This document shows, one piece after another, positions 18,115-28,496 of a stretch of 64,000 bases of DNA (within the stretch, counting starts at the first letter, position 1; every line of letters starts with the position of its first letter). Made by a program: the position numbers and the translations under genes. Under the pieces are notes generated by a model. The model saw nothing but the letters and a program-made list of their open reading frames with translations, did no database searches and was not told where the DNA came from. The stretch is from Gemmatimonadota bacterium. GTDB lineage: Bacteria; Gemmatimonadota; Gemmatimonadetes; Palauibacterales; Palauibacteraceae. The DNA lies in contig OZ220691.1 of the NCBI GenBank assembly GCA_965116475.1, positions 352,001 through 416,000 of the forward strand, in the 5' to 3' direction.

Positions 18115-18825
18115 ATGACGACGAGAAGATTCGCTTCGGGGATGGCGGCGGGTGCAGTGGCGCTGGCCCTCACGGGGTCCGCCGCCGCCCAGGAACTCAA
18201 CGAGGTGTGTCCGGACTCGCCGGACATGACGGGCGCCCTGTGGGGGCTTGTCTCGGACGGGGACACGCAGATGGGGCTGCCCAGCGCCAACGTCGTCGCC
18301 ACCTGGGAGCAGGACGGCGAGTCGGGGCAGATGGAGGGACAGACCGCGCTCGACGGCAGTTACACGCTGTGCTACGTGCCGCTCGGCGTCGAGATCTCGG
18401 TTCAGCCGGTGTTCATGGGCACGGGAGGGGCCGCGACGACGGCCAATCTCACCGAGCAGATCACCCGCCTGGACCTCACGTTTTCCCTCTCCGCCGTCGG
18501 TGGTGGCGGCGGCGGCGGCGACGACCGCATCTGGGCCTGCTTCGGAGGCACCACGGACAATCAGATTAACCTCCAGAATTCGCGACTCCTTCGCTGCGAC
18601 CCCGGATGGGAAGGAATCGACCGTTGTCCGAAGGACTCGGAACACGGCCAGGTGCAGGCGCAGATGGCGGGCGCCGGGACCGGACAGTTCCGTGAAGCGC
18701 TCGAGAGGCTCGTGGCCGACGCGCAACGCGTAGGCGCGAACGCACTCATCAACTGGCGGAGGACCGGGAATTCCTTCACCGCCGAGGCGGTCACGATCTC
18801 CGTCGATCCCGCCACCTGCCGCTGA
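18115..18825 (+). CDS. Exported hypothetical protein (carboxypeptidase-regulatory-like plus YbjQ-like domain), copy 1
   Basis: Signal peptide; G.VSDG.T..GLP.A.V...W...T..DGSY.LC; C-terminal ALE.L.ADA...GANALIN; 6 Cys. Confidence 0.7.
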   Translation: MTTRRFASGMAAGAVALALTGSAAAQELNEVCPDSPDMTGALWGLVSDGDTQMGLPSANVVATWEQDGESGQMEGQTALDGSYTLCYVPLGVEISVQPVFMGTGGAATTANLTEQITRLDLTFSLSAVGGGGGGGDDRIWACFGGTTDNQINLQNSRLLRCDPGWEGIDRCPKDSEHGQVQAQMAGAGTGQFREALERLVADAQRVGANALINWRRTGNSFTAEAVTISVDPATCR

Positions 18826-19565
18826 TGCGAAGGATCGCCGCGGGGATCGCCGGGGGGGCGGCGGCGCTCGCTCTCGCGGGACCTGCGGCGGTTGCTCAGG
18901 AAATCAACGAGGTATGCCCGGACTCGCCCGAGATGACGGGCGCGCTGTGGGGACTGGTCTCGGACGGAGCCACGCAGATGGGACTCCCCGGCGCGACCGT
19001 CATCGCCAGTTGGGGGAACGACGGCCAAGAGGGGCGGAGGGAGGGACAGACGGCGCTGGACGGCAGCTACACGCTGTGCTACGTGCCGCTCGGCGTCGCG
19101 ATCTCGGTGCAACCGGTGTTCCTGGGTACCGGAGGCGCTGCCGTCGCCGTGAGTCTCACGGAGGAGATCACACGGCTGGACCTCGGCTTCTCTCTCTCTG
19201 GCGTCGGCCCGGGCGACGACCGGATCTGGGCGTGTTTCGTCGGCAACACGGATAACCGGATCAACCTCCAGAATTCGCGGCTCCTTCGGTGCGACCCGGG
19301 GTGGGGCGGGATCGACCGCTGTCCGAAGGAAGAGGAACACGGCCAGGTGCAGGCGACAGTTTCCATGTACTACGTCATGTCGGATACGATGGCCGTGGAA
19401 GGAGGCAGGCTGGCCGGGAGCTTTGAACTCCGCGGAGCCCTCGAGAAAATCATCGCCGACGCCAGACGGCTGGGGGCGAACGCGTTGATCAATTGGCGGA
19501 TGAACCGAAACTCGGTGACCGCCGAAGCCGTCACCATCTCGGTCGATCCCGCCACCTGCAACTGA
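18825..19565 (+). CDS. Tandem paralogue of 18115-18825, copy 2
   Basis: Long identical blocks (ALWGLVSDG, EGQTALDGSYTLCYVPLGV, INLQNSRLLRCDPGW, TAEAVTISVDPATC); TGATG coupling. Confidence 0.8.
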   Translation: MRRIAAGIAGGAAALALAGPAAVAQEINEVCPDSPEMTGALWGLVSDGATQMGLPGATVIASWGNDGQEGRREGQTALDGSYTLCYVPLGVAISVQPVFLGTGGAAVAVSLTEEITRLDLGFSLSGVGPGDDRIWACFVGNTDNRINLQNSRLLRCDPGWGGIDRCPKEEEHGQVQATVSMYYVMSDTMAVEGGRLAGSFELRGALEKIIADARRLGANALINWRMNRNSVTAEAVTISVDPATCN

Positions 19566-19570
19566 TGCCG

Positions 19571-19614
19571 CCGGCGGGGGCGGTCTCGCGGACGTGAGCC
19601 CGCCCCGCCGCCGG
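19571..19614. terminator. GC-rich hairpin between convergent genes
   Basis: ccggcgggggcgg...ccgccccgccgccgg imperfect inverted repeat; no U tract. Confidence 0.4.
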
Positions 19615-19623
19615 TCGCACCCG

Positions 19624-22600
19624 CTAGGGTCGCCGCACGCGGATCGGGAAGGGCGGCCGCCTGGGCGTCGCCACCGGTGACGCCTCGAGTTGCTCCAGCA
19701 CGACCTCGATCGCCTTCTCCAGCTGCGGGTCGACGCCCGCGATCACGTCGGCCGGCCACTGTTCCACTTCTATGTCCGGCGGCACGCCCACGTTTTCGAC
19801 GATGAACCCGTCCTCGGTCCAGATCGCGAGGTTCGGCGCCGTGATCGACCCGCCGTCCATCAGGACCGGGAAACCCAGGACGCCCACGAGCCCGCCCCAG
19901 GTGCGGCGCCCGATGAGCGTGCCCATTTCGAGCTTGCGGAACATCCACGGCAGCATGTCCCCGCCGGAACCGGCGGTCTCGTCGATGAGCATCACCTTCG
20001 GGCCCGGGATCGCGCCCTGCGGCGTGACGAGGTCGGCCCCGTAGCGCATCGCCCAGTGCGACATGTACGGCCGCCGGAGGATGTTGATGTAGTAGTCCGC
20101 GATCTGGCCGCCCCCGTTGTGCCGCTCGTCGATGATCACGGCCTCCCGGTTCGTCTGCGGAAAGAAGTAGCGCTTGAAGTATTCGTGTCCCGCGCCGGCC
20201 GTGTTGGGCACGTACACGTATGCGACGCGCCCATCGGTGGCCTCCTCGACGCGCGCGAGGTTGCCCTCCACCCAGTCCCGGTTCCGCAGCGCCCCCTCGT
20301 TCGCCACCGGCACGACGTCGACGGCGCGTGACCCCATCCCGTCCGGCGACGGGCCGACGGTGATGGAGACGATCCGGCCGGCCGTGTTCTCGAACCGGCT
20401 GTAGACGTTCTCCGGCGCCGAGAGCGCGACCCCTTCGACCGCCAACAGGTATTCGCCCGCTTCGACCTCGACTCCCGGCTCCGTGAGCGGGGACCGGAGC
20501 CCCGGATTCCAGTTGAGGCCGCCGTACACCTTCTCGAACCGGTATCGCCCCTCGTCGACGACGAAATCCGCACCCAGGAGGCCGCCCGGCACATCGTCCG
20601 TCTCATGCAGGAAGTCGCCGCCGCCGCCCCGGTGATGCCCCACCGCAATCTCGGAGTGGAGCCATGTCATGAGCCGGTTGAGGTCGGCCCGCGAGGTGAG
20701 GTGGGGGAGGAAACCGGCGTACTTCTCCTTCATGGCAGGCCAGTCCGCGCCGTGCATGTTGGGGTCGTAGAAGTAGTCCCGGTTGATCCTCCAGGCCTCA
20801 TCGTAGATCTGACGCCACTCCGCCCGCGGGTCGATCCTCACCTGCACGTCTGCGACGCGGAGCCGGTCCGCGCCGGATCCAATGTCCGTCCCGCCGGCGT
20901 TGCCGATGAACCAGCCGCCGGACGTCGCGTACAGCACGTTCCGGCGGTCCGCCGACAGGTCGTAGAAGCGCGTGCCGCCGACCACCGTCGCCGCTTCGCG
21001 GTCGGCGAGGGAGAAGCGCTGGAGGCTGGGGCCCGCACCGGGGCTTCCAAACCCGCTGGCCGTCTCGCTTCGGACGTAGAAGAGCTGGCCCGGGTCGCCG
21101 GGCTGCAGGTTCGCGTAGCCGGCTTCGGGCAGCGGCAGGGCGAGGATCCGCTGGTCGAGTCCGTCGAAATCGATGCGGACGGTAACGTCGTCCGCGTCGC
21201 CGGCTGACTCCCCACCCCCGGCTCCCCCCGCTCCCGGTTCGGCCTCATCCCCCGCCTCTTCGTCGCTCTCCTTCGCGAGCGGGGACGGCGTGCCCTTCTC
21301 GAGCACCGCGAGATAGATCGCGTTCGTCATCTCGAAGTCGTTGTTCGACTGGGCGAACCACTGGACGACGGGGCCCGCGTCGGTGGAGGACGTCAGGTAG
21401 AGGTACTTGCCGCCGGCGTCGAAGACGGCCTCGGACACGTCGCTGAGCCCGTCCGTGACCGCCGTCGTCTCGCCCGTTTCCAGGAGGTGTACGTAGGCGG
21501 TGCGGATGTTGGTCTCGTTGTTGCGCGTGTAGACGAGCCAGCGGGAGTCCGGCGACCACGCGTGCGAGGGCGGAGGCAGCGGCCCGTACATCACGTCGGC
21601 ATCCACGCGGTGGGTGTTCCCGGAAGCGAGGTCGATCCAGTAGACGGCCCGCGAGTTGTCCGTGTAGCTGATCTTCGTGCCGTCGGGCGACCACACCGGG
21701 TCCGCGTAGAACCCGGCACCGTCCAGCGCGTAGCCGCGCGCTTCTCCCGCGCCCGACTGCGGAGCCACGTACAGCCGGTACTCGCCCGAGGCATCGGAGA
21801 ACCAGGCGATCGACTCGCCGTCGGGCGACCAGGCGGGACTCCGCTCGTGGGCGGCGGTCGACCGCGTGAGGTTGCGGTCGTCCCCCTTGTCGCGCGGCAA
21901 CGTGACGATCTCGCCCCGGAACTCGAAGACGGCGCGGGTGCCGGAGGGCGAGAGGCTCGCGTTGCGGACGAAGTTCTCCCCGCTGGCGTAGCGGGGCCGC
22001 ACTTCGAGGAGATCTGTCGCGATCCGCACCGGCACCGGGTCGCTCGCACCCGAGCCGGGATCGAGCAGGTGCAGCCGCCCCGCCTGCTCGTAGGCGATCC
22101 GGCCGGCGCCGGCGGACGCGCTCAGCACCGGGAAATCCTCGTGCGCGGTAACCCGCGAGACGTGTCCGGTCCCCGGGTCGTAGCCATGGACGTTGAACTC
22201 CCCGTCGCGATCCGAGCGGAAGTAGACGCGGTCCCCGATCCACATGGGATCCGTATCGTTCGAGCGGCCCTCGGGCTGCGGAATCTGTACGACCGAATGG
22301 TCCGCCACATCGTAGATCCAGATCCGCGTCGTCGTCCCGCCCCGGTAGTTCTTCCACTGTGTGAAGGCTTCGTACAGCGGCGTGTAGGCGATCTTCGCGC
22401 CGTCCGGCGAATACGTCGCCTTGAACGCGTGCGGAATGGGCAGCTGCTCGGGGTGTCCGCCGCTCGTCGCGACCGTGAACAACTGCTGGTGGCGGCCCGT
22501 GTACGCGTTGCGCCCGGACGAAAAGAGCACCGCCGACCCGTCGGGCGTGAAGCTCTGGACGACATCGGCTCCCGGGTGCCAGGTGAGCCGCGCGGGCACG

Positions 22601-22935
22601 CCCCCCTCCGCGGGCACGAGGAAGACATCGGTGTTTCCGTCGTATTCGCCGCTGAACGCGATCCACTGGCCGTCCGGTGAGAAGCGCGGATTGAACTCGA
22701 CGCCGACGTGCGAGGTCAGCCTGCGCGGTGAACTCCCGTCGATTCCCGCGGTCCACAGGTCCCCGGCGTACGCGAACGCGATCCGGTCCGCGCTCACCGC
22801 GGGCTGGGCGAGCATGAGGGTGCCCGCAGCGTCCTGTGCCGAGGCGGGACGGAACGAGGCCGCGAGGAGCATGGCGGCGAGGGCCGTGAGGAGGAGTGAG
22901 CGTGCTTTCAGACTTGCCTTCAGACGTGCCTTCAT
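19624..22935 (-). CDS. Tricorn protease (S41 family)
   Basis: N-terminal PD40 propellers, PDZ region, IDERHNGGG, AGSGGD catalytic Ser, RTWGG, ENVGVPPDIEV. Confidence 0.93.
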   Translation of the reverse strand: MKARLKASLKARSLLLTALAAMLLAASFRPASAQDAAGTLMLAQPAVSADRIAFAYAGDLWTAGIDGSSPRRLTSHVGVEFNPRFSPDGQWIAFSGEYDGNTDVFLVPAEGGVPARLTWHPGADVVQSFTPDGSAVLFSSGRNAYTGRHQQLFTVATSGGHPEQLPIPHAFKATYSPDGAKIAYTPLYEAFTQWKNYRGGTTTRIWIYDVADHSVVQIPQPEGRSNDTDPMWIGDRVYFRSDRDGEFNVHGYDPGTGHVSRVTAHEDFPVLSASAGAGRIAYEQAGRLHLLDPGSGASDPVPVRIATDLLEVRPRYASGENFVRNASLSPSGTRAVFEFRGEIVTLPRDKGDDRNLTRSTAAHERSPAWSPDGESIAWFSDASGEYRLYVAPQSGAGEARGYALDGAGFYADPVWSPDGTKISYTDNSRAVYWIDLASGNTHRVDADVMYGPLPPPSHAWSPDSRWLVYTRNNETNIRTAYVHLLETGETTAVTDGLSDVSEAVFDAGGKYLYLTSSTDAGPVVQWFAQSNNDFEMTNAIYLAVLEKGTPSPLAKESDEEAGDEAEPGAGGAGGGESAGDADDVTVRIDFDGLDQRILALPLPEAGYANLQPGDPGQLFYVRSETASGFGSPGAGPSLQRFSLADREAATVVGGTRFYDLSADRRNVLYATSGGWFIGNAGGTDIGSGADRLRVADVQVRIDPRAEWRQIYDEAWRINRDYFYDPNMHGADWPAMKEKYAGFLPHLTSRADLNRLMTWLHSEIAVGHHRGGGGDFLHETDDVPGGLLGADFVVDEGRYRFEKVYGGLNWNPGLRSPLTEPGVEVEAGEYLLAVEGVALSAPENVYSRFENTAGRIVSITVGPSPDGMGSRAVDVVPVANEGALRNRDWVEGNLARVEEATDGRVAYVYVPNTAGAGHEYFKRYFFPQTNREAVIIDERHNGGGQIADYYINILRRPYMSHWAMRYGADLVTPQGAIPGPKVMLIDETAGSGGDMLPWMFRKLEMGTLIGRRTWGGLVGVLGFPVLMDGGSITAPNLAIWTEDGFIVENVGVPPDIEVEQWPADVIAGVDPQLEKAIEVVLEQLEASPVATPRRPPFPIRVRRP

Positions 22936-23161
22936 CGGGTCCTTCGCAATCCGGGGTGGTTTCGAGTCGAGCCGTGAACGACACCTGATTGTACGTCGGG
23001 AGGCGTCGAAACCGGTACTCGTGACCAGCCGTATCGTCCCCGTGTCGACCCCGTATTGGCCCCGTGTTGGCGTCGTCGAGCGGTTGCCCGCTCGAGTCGG
23101 GCCTCCTTACCGTCCCTTGCGAGTGTCCTTGTCCGCTTCGAACCCGCCCCGGAGTTACCCA

Positions 23162-25204
23162 ATGAACACGCGTTTCGCCTGCCGCCCTCGTCCCCCATTC
23201 CGCTCCGTCGGATCCGCGCTTTGCGCCGGACTTCTCGCCCTTCTCGCGACCGCGGAGATCGCGGCCCAGAGCACGGAACTCGAGGTCGGCCGCACGCTGC
23301 CGGGCACGCTCGCCCCGGGCGACACGGCGCGCTACACCTTCGAGACGGCCGAGAACGACTTCGTCCTCGGCGAGGTGGACCAGATTTCCGTCGACGTGAC
23401 GGCGCGCGTCCTCGATCCCGAGGGGACGCAGGTCGGCCGCTTCGGCGGCCTGGGGCGCGGCGTCGAGCGCTTCGGCGGGCGGACGTCCGACGCGGGAACG
23501 CACACGCTGGAGCTGTTCGTGGCGGGTGACGATCCCGAGGCCGGCGGACGCTACGAGATCACGCTGCTGCGGCACGAGGCCGTCGCGACGGACCCCGAAG
23601 CGCTCGCCGACCAGATCATGTCCCGCTTTGACGGTCCGCATTCGCCCGGGGGCGCGGTCCGCGCGTGGCGCGACGGCCACACGCTCTTCTCGAAGACCTA
23701 CGGGATGGCGAACCTCGCCTACGGCCTCCCCTTCGAGGAGGACACGCGCACGAACATCGGCTCGACCTCGAAGCAGTTCACCGCCTTCGCGATCGTGCTG
23801 CAGGCGGAGCGGGGGCTCCTGTCGCTGGACGACGACATCCGCAAGCACATCCCCGAGCTTCCGGAGTTCGATCACACGATCCAGGTGAAGCACCTGATCA
23901 CGCACACGTCGGGCCTGCGCGAATTCCTGAACCTGTTGCGGATGACGGGCCGCCGCCTCGACCACGGGGACTGGATCGACCGCTCGGAACTCATCGACAT
24001 CGTCCAGCGGCAGCCGGCGCTCCAGAACGAGCCCGGCGCCGAGTGGAACTACAACAACACGGCGTTCGGCCTCGCCGCCGTCATCGTCGAGCGCACCTCC
24101 GGACAGGACTTCCACGTCTTCATGGAGGAGAACGTGTTCGGGCCGCTGGGGATGACCGGGACCATGGTGCGGCCCTCGACGCGGCACATCGTCCCGAACA
24201 TGTCCGAGGGCTACACCCCGGGCCCGGACGGATACCGCCAGATCGGCGACCTCGGCGGCGCGGTCGGCGCGGGGGCGATCTACAGCACGATCGGCGACCT
24301 GCAGATCTGGGCCGAGAACTACGCGAACCCGCGCGTGGGCTCGCGGGAGAGCGTCGACGAGATGATGACGTCGTTCGTCCTCAACGACGGGGAGGAAACG
24401 GGGTACGGGTACGGGCTCTCCATCGACGAGCAGCGTGGGCTGAAGCGGGTGAGCCACGGGGGCGCGGACGTCGCGCACCGCTCGATGTTCGTCTACTTCC
24501 CCGAGATCAACGCCGGCCTCACGACCCAGAGCAACCACGCGCAGTTCAACAGCGGGGTCGCGTACGAACTCGCCGCGGCGTTCTTCAAGGACGCGATGGA
24601 GGAGGAGGAAGAGGATGCTGCGGCGGAGGCCGGCGAGTTCGATCCCGCCGGCTACGACCCCGAGGCGTTCGACGAGTTCGTCGGCCGCTACGCGCTCGAC
24701 GCGGCGCCGAACTTCATCCTCACCTTCACGCGCGAAGACGGCACCTTCTACGCGCAGGCCACCGGCCAGCAGCGACTCGAGATCGTCCCCACCTCCGACT
24801 CGACCTTCCGCCTGCTTGCCGTCGAGGCCTCCGTCACGTTCCTGCGCGACGAGGAGGGCGATGTCGAAGGACTCACGCTGCACCAGAACGGGGACAACCA
24901 CGCCACGCGCCTCGAGGGCGATGAAGCCGACGCATGGGAGCCGGCGGAGGAGGATCTCGCCGACTTCGCCGGCCGCTTCTTCAGCGACGAACTGGAGACG
25001 TTCTACGCCTTCACCGTGGAGGACGGGACGCTCGTCCTCCACCAGCGCCGGCTCGACAGGGCGGAACTCGAGCCCGGAGAAGAAGACCGATTCTCGGGCG
25101 GCGGCCTGTCGTTCGCCTTCGAGCGGGACCGCAACGGACAGGTGATCGGCTTTTACCTCTCCAACGTTCGCACGCGCGACGTCCGCTTCGGCCGCGTACG
25201 CTGA
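23162..25204 (+). CDS. Serine hydrolase (beta-lactamase/PBP fold) with N-terminal PPC-like and C-terminal DUF3471-like domains
   Basis: STSK (SxxK), YNN, HGG, LITHTSGL; signal peptide. Confidence 0.88.
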   Translation: MNTRFACRPRPPFRSVGSALCAGLLALLATAEIAAQSTELEVGRTLPGTLAPGDTARYTFETAENDFVLGEVDQISVDVTARVLDPEGTQVGRFGGLGRGVERFGGRTSDAGTHTLELFVAGDDPEAGGRYEITLLRHEAVATDPEALADQIMSRFDGPHSPGGAVRAWRDGHTLFSKTYGMANLAYGLPFEEDTRTNIGSTSKQFTAFAIVLQAERGLLSLDDDIRKHIPELPEFDHTIQVKHLITHTSGLREFLNLLRMTGRRLDHGDWIDRSELIDIVQRQPALQNEPGAEWNYNNTAFGLAAVIVERTSGQDFHVFMEENVFGPLGMTGTMVRPSTRHIVPNMSEGYTPGPDGYRQIGDLGGAVGAGAIYSTIGDLQIWAENYANPRVGSRESVDEMMTSFVLNDGEETGYGYGLSIDEQRGLKRVSHGGADVAHRSMFVYFPEINAGLTTQSNHAQFNSGVAYELAAAFFKDAMEEEEEDAAAEAGEFDPAGYDPEAFDEFVGRYALDAAPNFILTFTREDGTFYAQATGQQRLEIVPTSDSTFRLLAVEASVTFLRDEEGDVEGLTLHQNGDNHATRLEGDEADAWEPAEEDLADFAGRFFSDELETFYAFTVEDGTLVLHQRRLDRAELEPGEEDRFSGGGLSFAFERDRNGQVIGFYLSNVRTRDVRFGRVR

Positions 25205-25279
25205 CAGAAACCGGGGCTCCGCTTAGTTTGTAACGCAGGGATTGCCGGCAGGTCAAACCGAACGTGGGAGGCGCTCGCG

Positions 25280-28210
25280 ATGACGGGATTCGGAGTTCGT
25301 TTCGGTCGTAATGCTGGGCGGGGAACCTTGCTTCTGGCGGCGGTCATTGCGTTCGGGGCTCTCCCCGGCGCCGCGTGGGCGCAGGGTCGAATCGCGGGCT
25401 CGGTCACGGATGACGCCACGGGCGCGCCCCTGGCGGCCGTGCTGGTCGAAGTCCTGGACGCGCAGGGCGCGGTGGCGGCACAGGCCACCACCGGACCGGG
25501 CGGCACCTACGCCATCGACGGCGTGTCGGCCGGCTCGTATTCGCTCCGGTTCACCGCGCCGGGCTGGGTGACCGTCGTCATGGAGTCGCAGGCCGTCACC
25601 GCCGGCCAGTCGACGTCCGTATCGACGACCATGGATGAGCAGGCCTACGAACTGAACCCACTCACGGTGACGACGTCCCGCACGTACGAGAAGGCGCTGG
25701 ACGCGCCGGCCGCGGTGGAGGTCGTGTCGCTGCGCGACCTCGAGGAACGCCAGGTGGCGTCTCCGATCGAGCATGTGGAACACCAGCCGGGCGTGGACGT
25801 GGCCCGTACGGGGATCCGCGGCCGCACCGCCGTATTGCGCGGCTTCAACAACGTCTTCTCCAGCCGCACGCTGTTCATGACGGACAACCGGATCGCGCGC
25901 GTGCCGTCGCTGCGGGTGAACCTCTTCTACCTGAACCCGACGTCGGAACTGGACATGGAGCGGGTGGAGACGGTCCTCGGGCCCGGATCGGCGCTCTACG
26001 GACCGAACGCCGCGGGCGGCGTCGTCCACTACATGACGAAGTCCCCCATTCGCTCGCCCGGGGCCAGCTTCTCGGTGGGCGGCGGCCTCCGTCAGCAGGG
26101 CAACGACGCGGGACTCGGCAGCGGTCCCATCCAGGGCGGGGACGCGGGGCTGTTCCAGTTCGACGGGCGCATCGCGGTGGCTCCGAGCGACAAGTTCGGG
26201 TTCAAGATTTCAGGCCAGTACTTCGACGCGACCGAATACGTGTTCAACGACCTCGAGGAGGCGCGGGTGCAGGGCGCCGGGCAGGCCTGTATCGGAGCCG
26301 GCTTCGACCCCACCTCGCCGGCCTGCCAGCCGTTCACGTCGGGACTCGACCTGACCAACCCGGCGGATCAGGGCATCCTGGCGCAGTCGGCCCGGAACGT
26401 GGCCATGGGGCGCGATGACGGGCACAGGAACTGGGGCGTGGACGCGCGCATGGATTTCGAGCCGTCGCCCGGGACGTCGCTCATCCTCGCCGCCGGGCGC
26501 AACGTCGCCGCGCAGGCGACGGAACTCACGGGGCTGGGCGCGTCCAACGTCACCAACTGGGGCGTCAGCTACGGGCAGGCACGGTTACGGCACAAGGATC
26601 TGTTCGCGCAGCTCTTCTACAACTACAACTCGAACGACGAGGCCTTCCTCCTCCGCTCGGGCCGCCCGATCTACGACAACTCGTCGCTGTTGGTGGGACA
26701 GCTCCAGTACCAGTCGCGGATCGGATCGGCGCACCGGTTCATCTACGGGGTCGACTACCTCGGGACGGACCCGGACAGCCAGGGCACGATCAACGGACAG
26801 TTCGAGGACGACGACCAGACGACCGAGATCGGCGGCTACGTCCAGTGGGAGTGGGCGCTGAGCCCCAAGTTCGACTTCACCGGCGCCTTCCGGTACGACC
26901 ATAACAGCAACCTCGCGGATCCCGTCTTTTCGCCGCGCGCGGCGCTGGTCTTCAAGCCGGACGCCTCGAACTCGTTCCGGCTCACGTTCAACCGGGCGTT
27001 CTCGACGCCCACGTCCACGAACCAGTTCCTGGACATCTCGGGAGGCACGGTCCCCATCACGGGCACGCCGTTCTTCTACGACCTTCGGGCCACGGGATCC
27101 GCGGGCAACGGGCACATGTACATGCGAGAGAACGGGATCCCCATGCACATGTCGCCCTTCAACGTGCTGGCGGGCGGAAGCCCGCGGCAGTTCCTGCCCA
27201 CCACGACGGCGCAGTTGTGGGCGACGGCTACGAACCTGATCGGCGCGCTCCTGCCGCAGGCTGCCCCACTGGTGCCCCTGATCCCCGTTCCATCGGCGGA
27301 CCAGGTCGGCGTGCTGGCGCTGCTGCTCGATACGGAGGTCGCGGGCGGTGGCGCGCCGCCGCCGGGATGCGTGGCGCCCCCGTTCTGCGAAGCCGTCGAC
27401 CTCGCGAATCTCCAGGACATCGAGGCCCTGGGGCCGACCGTCCGCAACACGTTCGAGTTCGGGTACAAGGGCGTGTTCGGAGACAACGTCTCCGTCGGGG
27501 CCAACGCCTGGTTCACGCGCTACGACAGCTACATCGCGCCGCTGCGGCTGATCTCCCCGCACGTCTTCCTCAACGGTCCGCAGCTCGGGGCCTACCTCTC
27601 CAACGTGTTCCGACAGTTCGTCGGCGTGGCGTTCGCGACGGAGGCGGAGGCGCTGGCGATGGCGCAGTTCATTGCGGACCAGGCGGCGCAGATTCCGCTC
27701 GGGGCCGTGACTCCGACGAGCGCCGGCGGCACCGCCGCCACGGTGGTGGCCGGATACCAGGACGCCGGCGGGTTCGACGTCATGGGGGGCGAGTTCGGCG
27801 CCGGGTTCCTCCTCAGCGACCAGCTGGAGATGGCCACGTCCCTCTCGTTCATCAGTCGCAACACGTTCGAGACCGCGGGCGAACTGCTGAGCGAGGTGTC
27901 GCTGAACTCGCCGACGGTGCGGGGGACCGCGTCGCTCACCTATCGGAACGACGATTCGGGGGTCAACGGCGGCCTGCGCTTCCGGGCGCAGAACGGCTAT
28001 CCGTTCAACTCCGGGCCGTGGGTGGGCGACCTCGCGGCCGTCACCACGCTGGACGCGAATTTCGGCTTCCGCATCCCGGGATACGAGGACCTCTGGTTCC
28101 AGGTGGACGTGTCGAACGTCTTCGACCAGGCGTACCAGAGCATGGTTGGGGCGCCGGCGATCGGCCGCGTGGTGCTCGCACGGATGCGCTGGGATTTCAA
28201 CCCGTTCTAG
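25280..28210 (+). CDS. TonB-dependent receptor
   Basis: Signal peptide; carboxypeptidase-regulatory-like N-domain; plug motif ERVETVLGPGSALYG.NA.GGVV; C-terminal F. Confidence 0.92.
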   Translation: MTGFGVRFGRNAGRGTLLLAAVIAFGALPGAAWAQGRIAGSVTDDATGAPLAAVLVEVLDAQGAVAAQATTGPGGTYAIDGVSAGSYSLRFTAPGWVTVVMESQAVTAGQSTSVSTTMDEQAYELNPLTVTTSRTYEKALDAPAAVEVVSLRDLEERQVASPIEHVEHQPGVDVARTGIRGRTAVLRGFNNVFSSRTLFMTDNRIARVPSLRVNLFYLNPTSELDMERVETVLGPGSALYGPNAAGGVVHYMTKSPIRSPGASFSVGGGLRQQGNDAGLGSGPIQGGDAGLFQFDGRIAVAPSDKFGFKISGQYFDATEYVFNDLEEARVQGAGQACIGAGFDPTSPACQPFTSGLDLTNPADQGILAQSARNVAMGRDDGHRNWGVDARMDFEPSPGTSLILAAGRNVAAQATELTGLGASNVTNWGVSYGQARLRHKDLFAQLFYNYNSNDEAFLLRSGRPIYDNSSLLVGQLQYQSRIGSAHRFIYGVDYLGTDPDSQGTINGQFEDDDQTTEIGGYVQWEWALSPKFDFTGAFRYDHNSNLADPVFSPRAALVFKPDASNSFRLTFNRAFSTPTSTNQFLDISGGTVPITGTPFFYDLRATGSAGNGHMYMRENGIPMHMSPFNVLAGGSPRQFLPTTTAQLWATATNLIGALLPQAAPLVPLIPVPSADQVGVLALLLDTEVAGGGAPPPGCVAPPFCEAVDLANLQDIEALGPTVRNTFEFGYKGVFGDNVSVGANAWFTRYDSYIAPLRLISPHVFLNGPQLGAYLSNVFRQFVGVAFATEAEALAMAQFIADQAAQIPLGAVTPTSAGGTAATVVAGYQDAGGFDVMGGEFGAGFLLSDQLEMATSLSFISRNTFETAGELLSEVSLNSPTVRGTASLTYRNDDSGVNGGLRFRAQNGYPFNSGPWVGDLAAVTTLDANFGFRIPGYEDLWFQVDVSNVFDQAYQSMVGAPAIGRVVLARMRWDFNPF

Positions 28211-28308
28211 CAGCCGTTCCAGCGGCCTGGGCGGGCGTGTGAGGGGCCGGCGCGGATCGCTGCGCCGGCCCCTCATCGATCCACCCGGCAGCTCCGGGAG
28301 AACCGTGA

Positions 28309-28393
28309 TGCCGGGGGTGGGGCTCGAACCCACACGGGGATGGACCCCCTCGGATTTTAAGTCCGATGCGTCTGCCAATTCCGCCACCCCGGC
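28309..28393 (-). tRNA. tRNA-Leu, anticodon UAA
   Basis: GCCGGGG/CCCCGGC acceptor stem, GGAATTGGCAGAC D arm, TCGGA-CTTAAAA-TCCGA anticodon arm, long variable arm, GTGGG-TTCGAGC-CCCAC T arm; CCA not encoded. Confidence 0.97.
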
Positions 28394-28496
28394 GCGCTCG
28401 GCGGGCTTGAAGCTAGTGTCGTCTCGCCTTGCGAACCACGCGGCGGCGGGGCCAGCATGGGTCAGGGACTTCCACGGATTTCGCCGGGAGGCCACG

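Noticed and set aside
21245-25042. 1265-aa minus-strand ORF and similar long ORFs (32459-35203, 45630-47885, 57109-59478)
   Set aside because: These are shadow frames of well-supported genes in high-GC DNA. They are Arg/Pro/Gly-rich with no recognisable motifs.
23162-25204. Serine hydrolases (also 51618-52868) as antibiotic-resistance beta-lactamases
   Set aside because: The architecture and HGG triad fit the broad peptidase/esterase branch. The sequence alone does not support a resistance call.
28309-28393. tRNA-Leu as an integration site for an island
   Set aside because: No integrase and no duplicated tRNA 3' end was seen in the window.
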